Shown: positions 41,890 to 52,292 of the stretch, piece after piece | Layout: every line of letters starts with the position of its first letter | Position numbering within the stretch: position 1 is the first letter of the stretch | Assembly: GCA_034439575.1 (NCBI GenBank) | Contig: JAWXAQ010000022.1 | Coordinates: 99,684-163,683, forward strand | Length of the DNA: 64,000 nt | Direction of reading: 5' to 3' | DNA from: Leptospira sp. | Lineage (GTDB): Bacteria > Spirochaetota > Leptospiria > Leptospirales > Leptospiraceae | Made by a program: the position numbers and the translations under genes | Notes under the pieces: generated by a model | Seen by the model: the letters and a program-made list of their open reading frames with translations, nothing else | Told to the model about the DNA's origin: nothing | Database searches by the model: none

Positions 41890-43620
41890 ATTTTTATTTA
41901 ATTTTTTTCTAACACAATAACCAAGAAAAAATAAACTAACAGCCATTATTGGTAAAGAATAAAAAAGAATTTTAGTATTCCAAAGTAATCCTTGGATACT
42001 TTCTAATCCTGAAATAATTAGTGAAAATCCAAAAATCACACCAAAAAGCGAGACCACTAATTGATTATTAAATTTTTCCATAGGGATATTTTGTGAATCA
42101 AATAAACCTTTCCAGAAAAAATGAGGTGGTTTTACTTTATTGTAGAATTCGATTAAAACCCCTTTATTTGAAGGGGGAAAAATAAAAGTGCTAATAATTA
42201 ATATAATAGTGCAAGTTAAAGAAGTGGCAAGTATTGTATATGGAAATTTCATTTCTAGAACAATGGCATATATCACATAACATAGTGGTGAAAGTATTAT
42301 AGCTAATATCTCTGTAGTTGCTGAAATTCGCCAATAAAACCAACGTGCAATCAATACGAATCCGATTCCAGATGATGCTTCCAATAAAAACACCCAAGCC
42401 CCCTTCACAGTTTCCATACCATAAACTGCGATCAAAAGAGAACTAATGCCCGTTACTAATTGAACCAGATATGAAATTTTTAAATAATATGAATCACTTT
42501 TTAATTTTTGTAATGTAGGTTTCCAAAAATCAAAAACGATATAGGATGCACCCCAGTTCAAATGAGTTGCGAGTGTCGATAAATACGCCGCAAGAAATGC
42601 GCTGAGAATTATGCCTTTGATACCTATAGGTAAACCTTCGTTAAGAAAAAGAAGGAAACCTTTGCCGCTTTCACCTTCTGTTAAATTAGGAAATACTATT
42701 AATGATGATAGAGCGACTAATATCCAGGGCCAAGGTCTTAGAAAATAATGAGCTAATACAAACCATAACGAACTTTTCATGGCTGCGGCTTCATCTTTTG
42801 TAGATAATATCCTTTGTGCGATATAACCACCACCCCCAGGTTCAGAACCAGGATACCAGCTAGACCACCAAATTACAGTTAGCATTATTATGAAATGATC
42901 GTACGGTAGACCTTTTTCATTTGAAAAATTGGGATAAAAATTGAGACTTTCCTTGGGGATTTTTGTTACCAGTCCATCGAGTCCACCTATTTGAGGTAAG
43001 TTGATGATACAATAGGCATAAACGATACATCCGCCCCAGGCTAAAAAAAATTGAAATACATCAATGTTTGATATCCCTCGGAGTCCACCTATCGCGGTAT
43101 AGATGATTCCTGCGACTAAAAGAAATAATAGAATTTGAATGTCCGAATAATTTGGGAAAAATACTTGAATGATCTTTAACATAGCTAGGTTTACCCAGCC
43201 GAGAATAATTAAATTTAATATACCACCGATCAGTATTGATTTAAAACTTCTTAAGAATTGTGCTTCTTTTCCTGAATAACGGATGTCTATAAATTGTAAA
43301 TCAGTCGTGGCACCTGATCTTTTCCAGAGTTTGGCAAAAAAGAAAACAGTAACAAGTCCACCGATTGCCATGTACCACCATAACCAATTTCCGGAGATCC
43401 CATTTGATCGTACAATTTCTGTTACAGCAAGAGGTGTGTCTGCTGCAAATGTTGTGGCAACCATGGCAGTCCCTGCCACAAACCAACTCAATTTTCCTTC
43501 GGCTTGAAAATATGCGGTGAGAGATTGTTTATTCTTTGATTGAGAAAAATAGAGAATGCAAAATATAATAATAAAAGGAAGAAAAAAGAATATATAGTCA
43601 AGATAAGAAAAATCGATCAT
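41878..43620 (-). CDS. Sodium:solute symporter family protein
   Basis: [27 protein letters not shown]; multi-TM. Confidence 0.9.
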   Translation of the reverse strand: MIDFSYLDYIFFFLPFIIIFCILYFSQSKNKQSLTAYFQAEGKLSWFVAGTAMVATTFAADTPLAVTEIVRSNGISGNWLWWYMAIGGLVTVFFFAKLWKRSGATTDLQFIDIRYSGKEAQFLRSFKSILIGGILNLIILGWVNLAMLKIIQVFFPNYSDIQILLFLLVAGIIYTAIGGLRGISNIDVFQFFLAWGGCIVYAYCIINLPQIGGLDGLVTKIPKESLNFYPNFSNEKGLPYDHFIIMLTVIWWSSWYPGSEPGGGGYIAQRILSTKDEAAAMKSSLWFVLAHYFLRPWPWILVALSSLIVFPNLTEGESGKGFLLFLNEGLPIGIKGIILSAFLAAYLSTLATHLNWGASYIVFDFWKPTLQKLKSDSYYLKISYLVQLVTGISSLLIAVYGMETVKGAWVFLLEASSGIGFVLIARWFYWRISATTEILAIILSPLCYVIYAIVLEMKFPYTILATSLTCTIILIISTFIFPPSNKGVLIEFYNKVKPPHFFWKGLFDSQNIPMEKFNNQLVVSLFGVIFGFSLIISGLESIQGLLWNTKILFYSLPIMAVSLFFLGYCVRKKLNKNLVP

Positions 43621-44393
43621 AACCTAACTTTGATTCCCATTTCACGCATGGTCTGTTTTGTTTCTTGAATAGAATAAACCCCGAAATGAAATATGGACGC
43701 AGCAAGTACAGCGTCGGCTCCACCACGAAGTATGGCTTCAGACATATGCTCAGGATTTCCAGCACCACCCGAAGCAATAACGGGAATACTTAAGTTTTGA
43801 GTAAATAATTTTAAAACATTAATATCAAAGCCGTCTTTGGTTCCATCTTTATCCATTGATGTTAAAAGAATCTCACCTGCGCCTTGTTCCATGGCTTCAA
43901 GTCCCCATTCAAGTGCATCGCGTCCAGTTTCGGTTCTACCACCATTTAGATACACTTCAAATCGTTTTGATTTATGATTAAACTTTGTATCAATGGCACA
44001 TACGATACATTGCGAACCATAGATCTCGCTTGCCTCTCGTAAGAGTTCAGGTCGGTTGAAGGCAGCAGTATTTATAGAAACTTTATCTGCTCCGCGATTG
44101 AGTACAGAACGTACATCTTCTAAGGTTCGAATTCCGCCTCCAACTGTAAAAGGGATAAATAACTTATTTGCAACTTCTTCTACTAAGTGAAGTAAGATGT
44201 CTCTTTTGTCGATAGAAGCAGTGATATCTAAAAAACAAAGTTCATCCGCCTGACTTTCTTCATAAGCAATAGCGCAAGATACAGGATCCCCAGCATCCAC
44301 TAAATTTACAAAGTTGACTCCCTTAACAACTCTCCCTTCTTTAATATCAAGACAGGGAATGACTCTTTTTGTAAGTTCGTCTGTTTGTATCAT
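43617..44393 (-). CDS. hisF: Imidazole glycerol phosphate synthase cyclase subunit
   Basis: [35 protein letters not shown]. Confidence 0.97.
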   Translation of the reverse strand: MIQTDELTKRVIPCLDIKEGRVVKGVNFVNLVDAGDPVSCAIAYEESQADELCFLDITASIDKRDILLHLVEEVANKLFIPFTVGGGIRTLEDVRSVLNRGADKVSINTAAFNRPELLREASEIYGSQCIVCAIDTKFNHKSKRFEVYLNGGRTETGRDALEWGLEAMEQGAGEILLTSMDKDGTKDGFDINVLKLFTQNLSIPVIASGGAGNPEHMSEAILRGGADAVLAASIFHFGVYSIQETKQTMREMGIKVRL

Positions 44394-45856
44394 ACTATGT
44401 TTGTTGGAAGACTGATTTTTGTTTCGGGAAAATCTGATAACATTGTCGCTAAGGTAAGTAATTTTTCTTCTTCAAAGTGATCACAAGTGATTTGTAATCC
44501 TATAGGAAGACCACTTTCATCAATACCAGCGGGGCAACTGATGGCAGGAACCCCTGCTAAATTTACAGAAGTGGTTAATATATCCGCCAGATACATTTGA
44601 ATCGGATCTTTTGTTTTTTCGCCCGCCTTAAAAGCAGTTGTTGGAGATGTCGGTTGTAAGATACAATCTACTTCTTTAAAAAAAGAATCATATTGTTTTT
44701 TGATTAAGACTCTTGCCTTCTGCGCCTTTCCATAGTAAGCATCATAATACCCAGAACTTAAGGAAAATGTCCCAAGTAATATCCTTCTTTTTACTTCCGC
44801 ACCAAAGCCCTTTGATCTAGTTTCCACATAAAGATCTTCTAATCTCCCGTTTCCTTCGTCCCTTAGTCCATACCGAATTCCATCAAACCGAGAAAGGTTT
44901 GAGGAACATTCAGCTGTTGCGATAAGATAATAAACTGGTATAGAATATTTGAATAAACTAAAATCTAATTCTTTTAGAATCGCACCTTCGGCACTTAACT
45001 TTGCCTTAATTTCATCATATCTTTTGGCAACTCCAGGAGAGCTTTTAGTTTCGTCAGTTTTCATCACACCGATTTTAATGCCATTCCATGATTTACTTTT
45101 AATATTTGAAGGATTAAAAGTTTTATCTTTAGCGGATGTTTGGTCATGCAAATCAAAACCTTGAATTGAATCAAAAATGTCAATGATTCCATTTAAATCA
45201 TTTCCGAAAGGGCCAATTTGATCCAAACTTGATGCATAGGCAACAAGACCATATCTTGATACTCGACCATATGTAGGTTTTAATCCCCATATTCCACATA
45301 AGGCTGCAGGCTGGCGAATTGATCCGCCTGTATCTGATCCAAGAGAAGTGGGAACAAATCCAGAAGCGACAGCAGCGGCTGATCCTCCACTCGAACCACC
45401 AGGAATTCTATTTGTATCAAATGGATTTTTTGTGACTTGGTAGGCGGAATTTTCTGTAGAACTACCCATCGCAAATTCATCCATATTGGTTCGGGGTAAA
45501 AATACCATGCCTTTTGCTTTTAATTTTGAAATGACTGATGCATCGTATGGTGCTCTAAAATTTGATAAAATCTTTGAGGCACAAGAAGTGATTTCTCCGT
45601 TGATACAAATATTATCCTTTATGGCAATAGGAATACCGTCTAATTCGGATTTGATGGCATTTGACTTTCTTCTTTCATCACTTTCTTTTGCTGACTTTAT
45701 AATTTGATCAGAGTTTAATTCCAAAAATGCCTTCACTTTGGAATCGTTTGATTGGATTCGGTCCAGATAAGATTTCGTCAATTCTTCTGAAGTAAATTCC
45801 TTCTTGGAAAGACCAGATTTAATTTCTGAATAGTTAAGTTTAAATAATTCTTTCAT
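44390..45856 (-). CDS. gatA: Asp/Glu-tRNA amidotransferase subunit A
   Basis: [42 protein letters not shown]. Confidence 0.97.
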   Translation of the reverse strand: MKELFKLNYSEIKSGLSKKEFTSEELTKSYLDRIQSNDSKVKAFLELNSDQIIKSAKESDERRKSNAIKSELDGIPIAIKDNICINGEITSCASKILSNFRAPYDASVISKLKAKGMVFLPRTNMDEFAMGSSTENSAYQVTKNPFDTNRIPGGSSGGSAAAVASGFVPTSLGSDTGGSIRQPAALCGIWGLKPTYGRVSRYGLVAYASSLDQIGPFGNDLNGIIDIFDSIQGFDLHDQTSAKDKTFNPSNIKSKSWNGIKIGVMKTDETKSSPGVAKRYDEIKAKLSAEGAILKELDFSLFKYSIPVYYLIATAECSSNLSRFDGIRYGLRDEGNGRLEDLYVETRSKGFGAEVKRRILLGTFSLSSGYYDAYYGKAQKARVLIKKQYDSFFKEVDCILQPTSPTTAFKAGEKTKDPIQMYLADILTTSVNLAGVPAISCPAGIDESGLPIGLQITCDHFEEEKLLTLATMLSDFPETKISLPTNIV

Positions 45857-46136
45857 GTTTCTATAACTCTTGGCACGACAACATATCCATTTTCATATGA
45901 GGGTGCAATTTTTGATAAAGCATCTCTATTTAAAGTGTTTTCGGAAAGATCAGGTCGAAGTACATTCATTTTAATTGGTAAATCTCATCATCTTCAACAT
46001 TAGATGTATCTAAGTTTTTGATTTCATCCACATAACTGACAATACGTGAAAAATCATTTAACATACCTGCTATTTCATCATCTTTGATCGAGAGTTTTGC
46101 CAAAGCAGCAATATCTCGTAATTTTTTTTCATCCAT
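45853..46136 (-). pseudogene. gatC: Asp/Glu-tRNA amidotransferase subunit C, frameshifted as sequenced (284 nt)
   Basis: ATG 46136 MDEKKLRDIAALAKL...LDTSNVEDDEIYQLK* (TGA 45968-45966). The -1 frame continues NVLRPD...[17 protein letters not shown] and overlaps the gatA ATG. Confidence 0.85.
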
Positions 46137-46148
46137 TAGATTTTTCCT

Positions 46149-47555
46149 TTAATATGCATTTCGATCGACTATGGCTTTCCAAGGAGTTAAAAGAATGATT
46201 TTTATATCAAAACTTAAACTCCAATTCTCAATATAATAAATATCTGCTTTGATTCGTTCTTCAATGGAAGTATCACCCCTAAGCCCTTGGATCTGAGCCC
46301 AACCTGTGATGCCCGCTTTGGCCGCATGACGGCGCATATACTGATGATGTTCAGATTGAAATTTTTCTACATAAAACGGTCGTTCTGGTCGAGGCCCTAC
46401 GACTGACATATCACCAAGTAACACATTAAAAAATTGCGGAGTTTCATCTAACGAAAGTTTCCGTAATATTCCCCCAATTTTTGTCACTCTGGGATCATCC
46501 TTTGTTGTCCACAAAGTATCTGAATCTTGTTTTTCTTGGACAATCATGGAGCGAAATTTAAGCATATAAAATGTTCGATTGTCCAATCCAACTCGCTCTT
46601 GTTTATAAAAAACAGGGCCTTTGCTTGTTAATTTTATAATCAATGAAATGATAATATAAACAGGACTAAAGAATAATATAAACAGCAAAGAAAAAGTGAT
46701 ATCAAAACTTCTTTTGATCACTCGATTGTACCCAAGGCGAAGTGGGATATTTCTTATGGATATTATCGGAATACCATCTAACACCTCAACTCTTCCCTTG
46801 GCAGTGATTATCTCTTCATAACTTGGGATAACTTTTAAGTCTATTCCCAAATAATCAGCGATATCAATCGCTTCTTTAAGATAGTCACCCTCGTCGTGAG
46901 AAAAAGCATAAACGATTAGATCAATTTCATTATGTTTGAGGTATTCTTCTAGTTCCTTGGCTTTGCCGATGACTCTATGTTTTTCATCATTTTCAAATAA
47001 ATTAATTTTTCCAGAAATGAAACCCTTTACCGAATAACCATAGATAGAATGTTTTTTTAAAGTATTGGCAAAACTCAATGCAGACTTTCCCGTTCCTAGA
47101 ATTAACACAGAACGAAGATTATATCCTCTGCTTCTTAGAATTCTTAATATACCTCTAAGGACAGAATGTGCAAGACTACTTAGAATAACCGTTGTAATAG
47201 CGAAATACAGGATAACAAGTCTTGAAAAACTTTCCCCTCTGAAAAAAAATAGAATCGCCAGGACAAGAACTAAATTGATGACAACTCCAGATACAATGGC
47301 AAAAAATTCATCGGTCAAAGAAAGTCCACGCCTAGGATGGTATAAATCTATTGATAAAAAAGAGATTACTTGTGTGATCCCAAGAATCAAACCTAACAGA
47401 AAATAATTTCTAAAATCTATGATTTGTCTTTGGAATTCAGAATCCTCTGAAAAATAATACCGAATCAAAAATGCGATTCCAAAACTTAGGAACGTTATTG
47501 TTAGATCCGTAAAAAGAAATAGTAATTTAAAGGACTGACTTCTTTCTTTTAACAT
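46149..47555 (-). CDS. Undecaprenyl-phosphate glucose phosphotransferase (WcaJ-like)
   Basis: N-terminal TMs and CoA-binding-like domain; KRSFD, KFRSM, DETPQF.NVL.GDMSVVGPRP, GITGWAQ. Confidence 0.92.
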   Translation of the reverse strand: MLKERSQSFKLLFLFTDLTITFLSFGIAFLIRYYFSEDSEFQRQIIDFRNYFLLGLILGITQVISFLSIDLYHPRRGLSLTDEFFAIVSGVVINLVLVLAILFFFRGESFSRLVILYFAITTVILSSLAHSVLRGILRILRSRGYNLRSVLILGTGKSALSFANTLKKHSIYGYSVKGFISGKINLFENDEKHRVIGKAKELEEYLKHNEIDLIVYAFSHDEGDYLKEAIDIADYLGIDLKVIPSYEEIITAKGRVEVLDGIPIISIRNIPLRLGYNRVIKRSFDITFSLLFILFFSPVYIIISLIIKLTSKGPVFYKQERVGLDNRTFYMLKFRSMIVQEKQDSDTLWTTKDDPRVTKIGGILRKLSLDETPQFFNVLLGDMSVVGPRPERPFYVEKFQSEHHQYMRRHAAKAGITGWAQIQGLRGDTSIEERIKADIYYIENWSLSFDIKIILLTPWKAIVDRNAY

Positions 47556-47558
47556 ACG

Positions 47559-50525
47559 TTATTGAACTCCAGCCGCCACACCTTCAGAGGTTCCATCCAA
47601 TGGTCTTTTTCTAAATCTATACAATCTTACTCTTGCCGCCTGAGCGCTAGAAGATTCACCAAAACTAAAATTCATTAGGTTCACTGAAAAATAAACACTT
47701 TGGTCATAAAAGGTCAATTGGTTGTCTGCCGATGCCCCACCAGGAATAGCACGTAGGTTCATACTGTACCCTAATCGAAATTCCCAGTTATGTAAATCCA
47801 ACTTTATCGTCGTCATAAAACGATTGATATTAAACACAGTTTTTTGCCTTCTTTCCTGTCCATTCGCACCAGTCCCTGAGGCCATATCTTCCCAAATCGT
47901 CGTCTGATCATAGTTTGTTCCATTTTGCGTGGTAAACAACTCAGGGGTTGTGGAATAGGCATAAAATTGCCCTTGTGCTAAAGCTGCAAGTCGCCAAGGT
48001 TCTGTTACACGAGAATCGACCTCAAGTTCAATGCCAGTATATCGTGTAATTTTTGTATCCGTTTTGAAGAAAAAACGATAACTATCCAAATAACTATCTT
48101 TATACACATGATACCAAGTGGACCCGATCTCTAAACTTCGAAACGCACGAATGATGGGCCAAGAGAATCCACCCATTTTATATGAGATTGTTAGGTTATT
48201 GGAAAGTGATCTGTTTTGTGGGGTATGATGCACATAATCATTATTTATATAAATTCCAGAATAAAAATTTCTTCGACGTTCAAGTAAACTTGGCCTTCTG
48301 GTTGTAAACCCATCTATAAAATCGATAAAGCCACCAACCCGAATCACAGTATAATACCATCTTTGCATATTTGTAATGCTTGGATTGTAATCTGGAGACA
48401 ATACACGAAGATCCCTTATGGTTCGTACCGAAACATCCCAATCATTTAGTGCATAACTTTCAAGAGCAAATTCAGCTTCATGTTGTCTTTGGTTTCCAAG
48501 AACTGGATCCTTCATTTCCGCTTTTTGCGCATCAATTTTGCGGTAAGTTGTTGTAAAAAACAATTCTGGAACGCCAAATCTAGCCGTATGTGATTGCCTA
48601 ACGTATTGGTATGATTGCTGTTTTAGAAAATTAGAATATGCTTTATTTGAATCTAAATCAGGACTATTTGCAGCCGTTCCAACACCTGGGTATTCTGCTG
48701 TTTGTTTTGTTGCACCCGCATAAAAACTCGGTGTGAAGGAAGCATAAGTTCCAAGTGAAATAGGAGATCTCACTCCGGATTCACCTATCACTGAAGTCTG
48801 AGTTCTTAATACAAAATCATTATATCTTCCGCTTGGATCTGCAATGGAAGTATAGGGAACAGTACTTTGCGTAGGAGCACCGTATAATTTCTGTATGTTG
48901 GAGAGGAAGGTCAAATCCCAATAAACTGGACTATTGAAATATGGTAAATTTCCAATATTACTAGAATTTTTAATCGTAACAATAGGCAAAGTATCTTGTG
49001 CCGCGAAATATTTATTGGCTTGGATTTGATAGATAAGTGTCCTACTCATCCCCAAACTGACACTTAAGTCACCTCTATTTTCAGTATAATTCAAATTCCA
49101 ATTCAATAAATTTCTAATAAAACCTAACCGAACATCTCTGTAAGTATATAAGGACTGAATGGAATTTGAAGGTTGGTATCTGTTGCCAAATTCATAATCA
49201 AATTGCCTGTTGCTGAAATTTTCATAACCAATTTGTAAATTTCTAGTCACATCTTTATTGAAATCATTTGATTTGATATTTAATCTTAACTCAGATTTCC
49301 ACCAAGGATCATAATCAACTCCTGTATTTCGATAAGGTAGTCCTGTATTTGGAAAAAGTGCACCTCTATCTACGTTATTTGTAACGACAACATTTCCAAT
49401 CCCGCCATTTATAAATCTATCTTCATAAGCAGAAGTGATATTATTCTTTTTATAATTGGCATAACCTAAATTGATATTATAATTCAAGTTAGGTGACACT
49501 TTCCACATTTCTAATTGTGCTGCTTGTCCCGTTTTTTCATACATATCAAATCTGACTTTGTAACCTGTGGCTAAAAATAATGAATTTGGATATGGTTCAG
49601 ACCATTGGTAACTATTTTGCCAAAACCATCCCTGTGTATTATTTTTACCAATTTGTGTCATAAGGCCATTGCCATTTTCCGAATTGTATAAAAAAGGAAT
49701 CCATATCAATGGAGTGCCACCCACTTTAACAGTGATTTGGTATGCTACGACAGATTTATCATCATAAATTATTATTTTTTTTGCTTGGAAAGAGTCATGT
49801 GGCAGTTCCGCATTACAAGCAGTAAAGTATCCCATTTCCATTAAATATCGTTTTTCATCTAAGCGTTTTAATTTTTGCCCGATAAAAAAAGATGGATATA
49901 CGCTTAGTTTTGAATTATATACAACACCTTGATTCAATTTGATATCGTATAAAAACTTTTCACCTTTTACTTTGGCTTGGCCATCTTTGTATTCGACTCC
50001 ACCTTCAGCATATACTTCTTGTCTTTGGGAATCTATGGAAACAGAATCTGCGATTAGTTCCCCACCTTTGATTTTAAGTTTTACTTTTCCGCGTAACACG
50101 AGTACGCCGCCTTGTGTTTTGTCAATGTTTAACAGCTGTCCTTCGGCGGCATTTTGAATTTGGATCGGTGGTTCTTTTTTCTTTTGGCTATTGAGTAGAG
50201 ATTCTTGCGTCACTTCGGGCTGTACTTCCGGGACTAAGGCATCTCTTAGTCTTTCCCTTTTGACATAGATTGTCCCTTGGTTACTTAATCCTAAATTTCT
50301 TAAGTGATCATCTATTTCGCGGTCAGTCATCTTCTCTACAGATTTTTGAATGAGCCCTCTTTGTATGGAACTTGCTGTCGCTTTTCTTTCTTCATCGCCC
50401 GCTTGGTTTGGAAGATTGGATGCTTCTGGAAATAGTAATTTGAGGCCCTCCATATCTTGTGCTGGGAGCGCTAATGTAATGCCAAAACCAATGGCCAATG
50501 ATAGAAGTCTTAGGTATTTTCGCAC
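47559..50525 (-). CDS. lptD: LPS-assembly protein LptD (OstA)
   Basis: Signal peptide, OstA-like jellyroll (ADSV...AEGGV, FTAC, PLIWIP) and a large aromatic beta-barrel region. Confidence 0.8.
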   Translation of the reverse strand: MRKYLRLLSLAIGFGITLALPAQDMEGLKLLFPEASNLPNQAGDEERKATASSIQRGLIQKSVEKMTDREIDDHLRNLGLSNQGTIYVKRERLRDALVPEVQPEVTQESLLNSQKKKEPPIQIQNAAEGQLLNIDKTQGGVLVLRGKVKLKIKGGELIADSVSIDSQRQEVYAEGGVEYKDGQAKVKGEKFLYDIKLNQGVVYNSKLSVYPSFFIGQKLKRLDEKRYLMEMGYFTACNAELPHDSFQAKKIIIYDDKSVVAYQITVKVGGTPLIWIPFLYNSENGNGLMTQIGKNNTQGWFWQNSYQWSEPYPNSLFLATGYKVRFDMYEKTGQAAQLEMWKVSPNLNYNINLGYANYKKNNITSAYEDRFINGGIGNVVVTNNVDRGALFPNTGLPYRNTGVDYDPWWKSELRLNIKSNDFNKDVTRNLQIGYENFSNRQFDYEFGNRYQPSNSIQSLYTYRDVRLGFIRNLLNWNLNYTENRGDLSVSLGMSRTLIYQIQANKYFAAQDTLPIVTIKNSSNIGNLPYFNSPVYWDLTFLSNIQKLYGAPTQSTVPYTSIADPSGRYNDFVLRTQTSVIGESGVRSPISLGTYASFTPSFYAGATKQTAEYPGVGTAANSPDLDSNKAYSNFLKQQSYQYVRQSHTARFGVPELFFTTTYRKIDAQKAEMKDPVLGNQRQHEAEFALESYALNDWDVSVRTIRDLRVLSPDYNPSITNMQRWYYTVIRVGGFIDFIDGFTTRRPSLLERRRNFYSGIYINNDYVHHTPQNRSLSNNLTISYKMGGFSWPIIRAFRSLEIGSTWYHVYKDSYLDSYRFFFKTDTKITRYTGIELEVDSRVTEPWRLAALAQGQFYAYSTTPELFTTQNGTNYDQTTIWEDMASGTGANGQERRQKTVFNINRFMTTIKLDLHNWEFRLGYSMNLRAIPGGASADNQLTFYDQSVYFSVNLMNFSFGESSSAQAARVRLYRFRKRPLDGTSEGVAAGVQ

Positions 50526-50726
50526 TGGAAAAGAATGCTTTGAAAGTATAAAACGAGAATTTCAATGACTGCCAAAAAAGCAATGGGAAAAGCAAAATTA
50601 CCCTTTGTTTGGATTTGAAAACCTGCTTATTTTTATAGCAATTTTTAACGAATTGTGTTCAAAAAGGGATTGCGCAAGGAAGAGATTAGACATAATTTTA
50701 AATCGCTTGAATGCTAGGAGTGTGCA

Positions 50727-51128
50727 ATGTCGAAGTCCTATTCCGGTGAAAGAATTGCAGGTACCATAAACTATCATGTTTATGTGACTGAAGGAAAACA
50801 GAAGCGAGAAATTTTAATCGATCATTCCATCAAAATCAAAGATAAAGTCCCTGATTTAGAACTGACTTTAAGAAACGAACTTTCTTATCGCATCTCTCTT
50901 GCCATTCTTATTGATTATACAGGCAACATTTCACTCGCTGAATCTTGTTTTCGAGAATTTAAAAATTATACAGAACGTCTACTTTCGGAAGACCATTGGT
51001 TACTCCATTCAAATCGCATTGAAACATTTTTAAACCGAGAAGAAACGGGTGAAGAGATTGGAGATTATTCTTTTTTTGATCCAGTTCCAGAGCCAGTAAC
51101 AAATGATCTGAAAAGTATTTCTTTTTAA
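50727..51128 (+). CDS. Hypothetical protein (distant DUF6166-like)
   Basis: AGGAG RBS; YSGER...SLAILIDYTG...A...F..FK....L..D.W.L....I..FL pattern. Confidence 0.6.
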   Translation: MSKSYSGERIAGTINYHVYVTEGKQKREILIDHSIKIKDKVPDLELTLRNELSYRISLAILIDYTGNISLAESCFREFKNYTERLLSEDHWLLHSNRIETFLNREETGEEIGDYSFFDPVPEPVTNDLKSISF

Positions 51129-52228
51129 GAATTGATATCTGGTGGAATCTGAATGGGAAGTAAAATTTCCCAACTTCCACCTTGCAGGTGATCGATTCGA
51201 TTCAATTTGCCACCAAGTTCCGTCAAAATGGATTTTGTAATATCAATCGTGTCCCTACTTGAATGTAATAGATTGATATTTTCATTTCCCGAATCTTGAA
51301 TTGATACAAGCACCTTTCTTTCGTTTGTCTCATGTACTATAGATAGTTTTGTACTAATGAGACGATTGTCATTTTTTGGTTCCGTGATGAGTCTTGATCT
51401 CGCATCTTGCAATAAGTTTAAAAACACTTGTTTTACTTTTTGGGGTTGGCAATAAATCAAAGGAATTTCCTCTGCATGAATTTCACATTGAATCCCTTCC
51501 TTCAAAAAATACTGATGCAAAAAGGATCGTGTGTCATTAAATATCTCTTCTAAATCCACAAGAGAACTTTGATTTGATGTCGCCTGAGAATAAATTACTA
51601 AATTTTTAATGATTTTTGCGATTCTATCTGACTCTTCTGATATTTTCTTTGAGTAAGTTAGCATCTGTTTGTTTTCTAAATTCCCTGCTTCTCTCGCAAT
51701 CAAATCGGAAAAATTCAAAATGGATGTGAGGGGATTATTGATTTCATGTGAAATGCCTGCCGCAACAAGGGCAATGGTCTCCCACTTTTGTGCTTCATTT
51801 AATTTTTGTTGTATTTCTTTTAGTTGCCTTTGGATTTGAGATTTATAAATCGCCATTTCAGAGGAAACATATAGATCCCTACTGTTAAAAGGTTTGATTA
51901 AATAGCCAAATGGTTCTGTCGTTTTTGCCTTGTCCAATGTAGATTCGTCTGAATAGGCAGTAAGATATATAACAGGGATGTCTTTTTTTTTCTTAACAAT
52001 ACGTGCAACATCAATACCATCGATATCACCACCTAACATGATATCCATTAATATTAAATCAAAAGTTTCCTTCTCGATTTTGTCGAGTGCGGATTGACCA
52101 TCAGAAACATATTCAGTCAAATACCCAAATTGTTTTAGAGTGCTACAAATATTTATAGCAATGATCCTTTCGTCTTCTACAACAAGGATCTTCTTTTGTT
52201 TTGTGATAGTTTGGTCTGTGATCACCAT
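51125..52228 (-). CDS. Hybrid response regulator / histidine-kinase-like protein (REC-HisKA-degenerate HATPase)
   Basis: VVEDE, LMDI, YLTAY, KPF; H-box AGISHEINNPL. Confidence 0.88.
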   Translation of the reverse strand: MVITDQTITKQKKILVVEDERIIAINICSTLKQFGYLTEYVSDGQSALDKIEKETFDLILMDIMLGGDIDGIDVARIVKKKKDIPVIYLTAYSDESTLDKAKTTEPFGYLIKPFNSRDLYVSSEMAIYKSQIQRQLKEIQQKLNEAQKWETIALVAAGISHEINNPLTSILNFSDLIAREAGNLENKQMLTYSKKISEESDRIAKIIKNLVIYSQATSNQSSLVDLEEIFNDTRSFLHQYFLKEGIQCEIHAEEIPLIYCQPQKVKQVFLNLLQDARSRLITEPKNDNRLISTKLSIVHETNERKVLVSIQDSGNENINLLHSSRDTIDITKSILTELGGKLNRIDHLQGGSWEILLPIQIPPDINS

Positions 52229-52292
52229 ATTTCGTAAGTCTATACTTCATCTAACTAATTACGGTTTGTCAATCGATAGTAGGATAAAATAC

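Noticed and set aside
52140-52292. N-terminal extension of UvrD overlapping the hybrid kinase gene
   Set aside because: The helicase motif region begins at LNQKQ. A later start with an AGGA RBS removes the head-to-head overlap.
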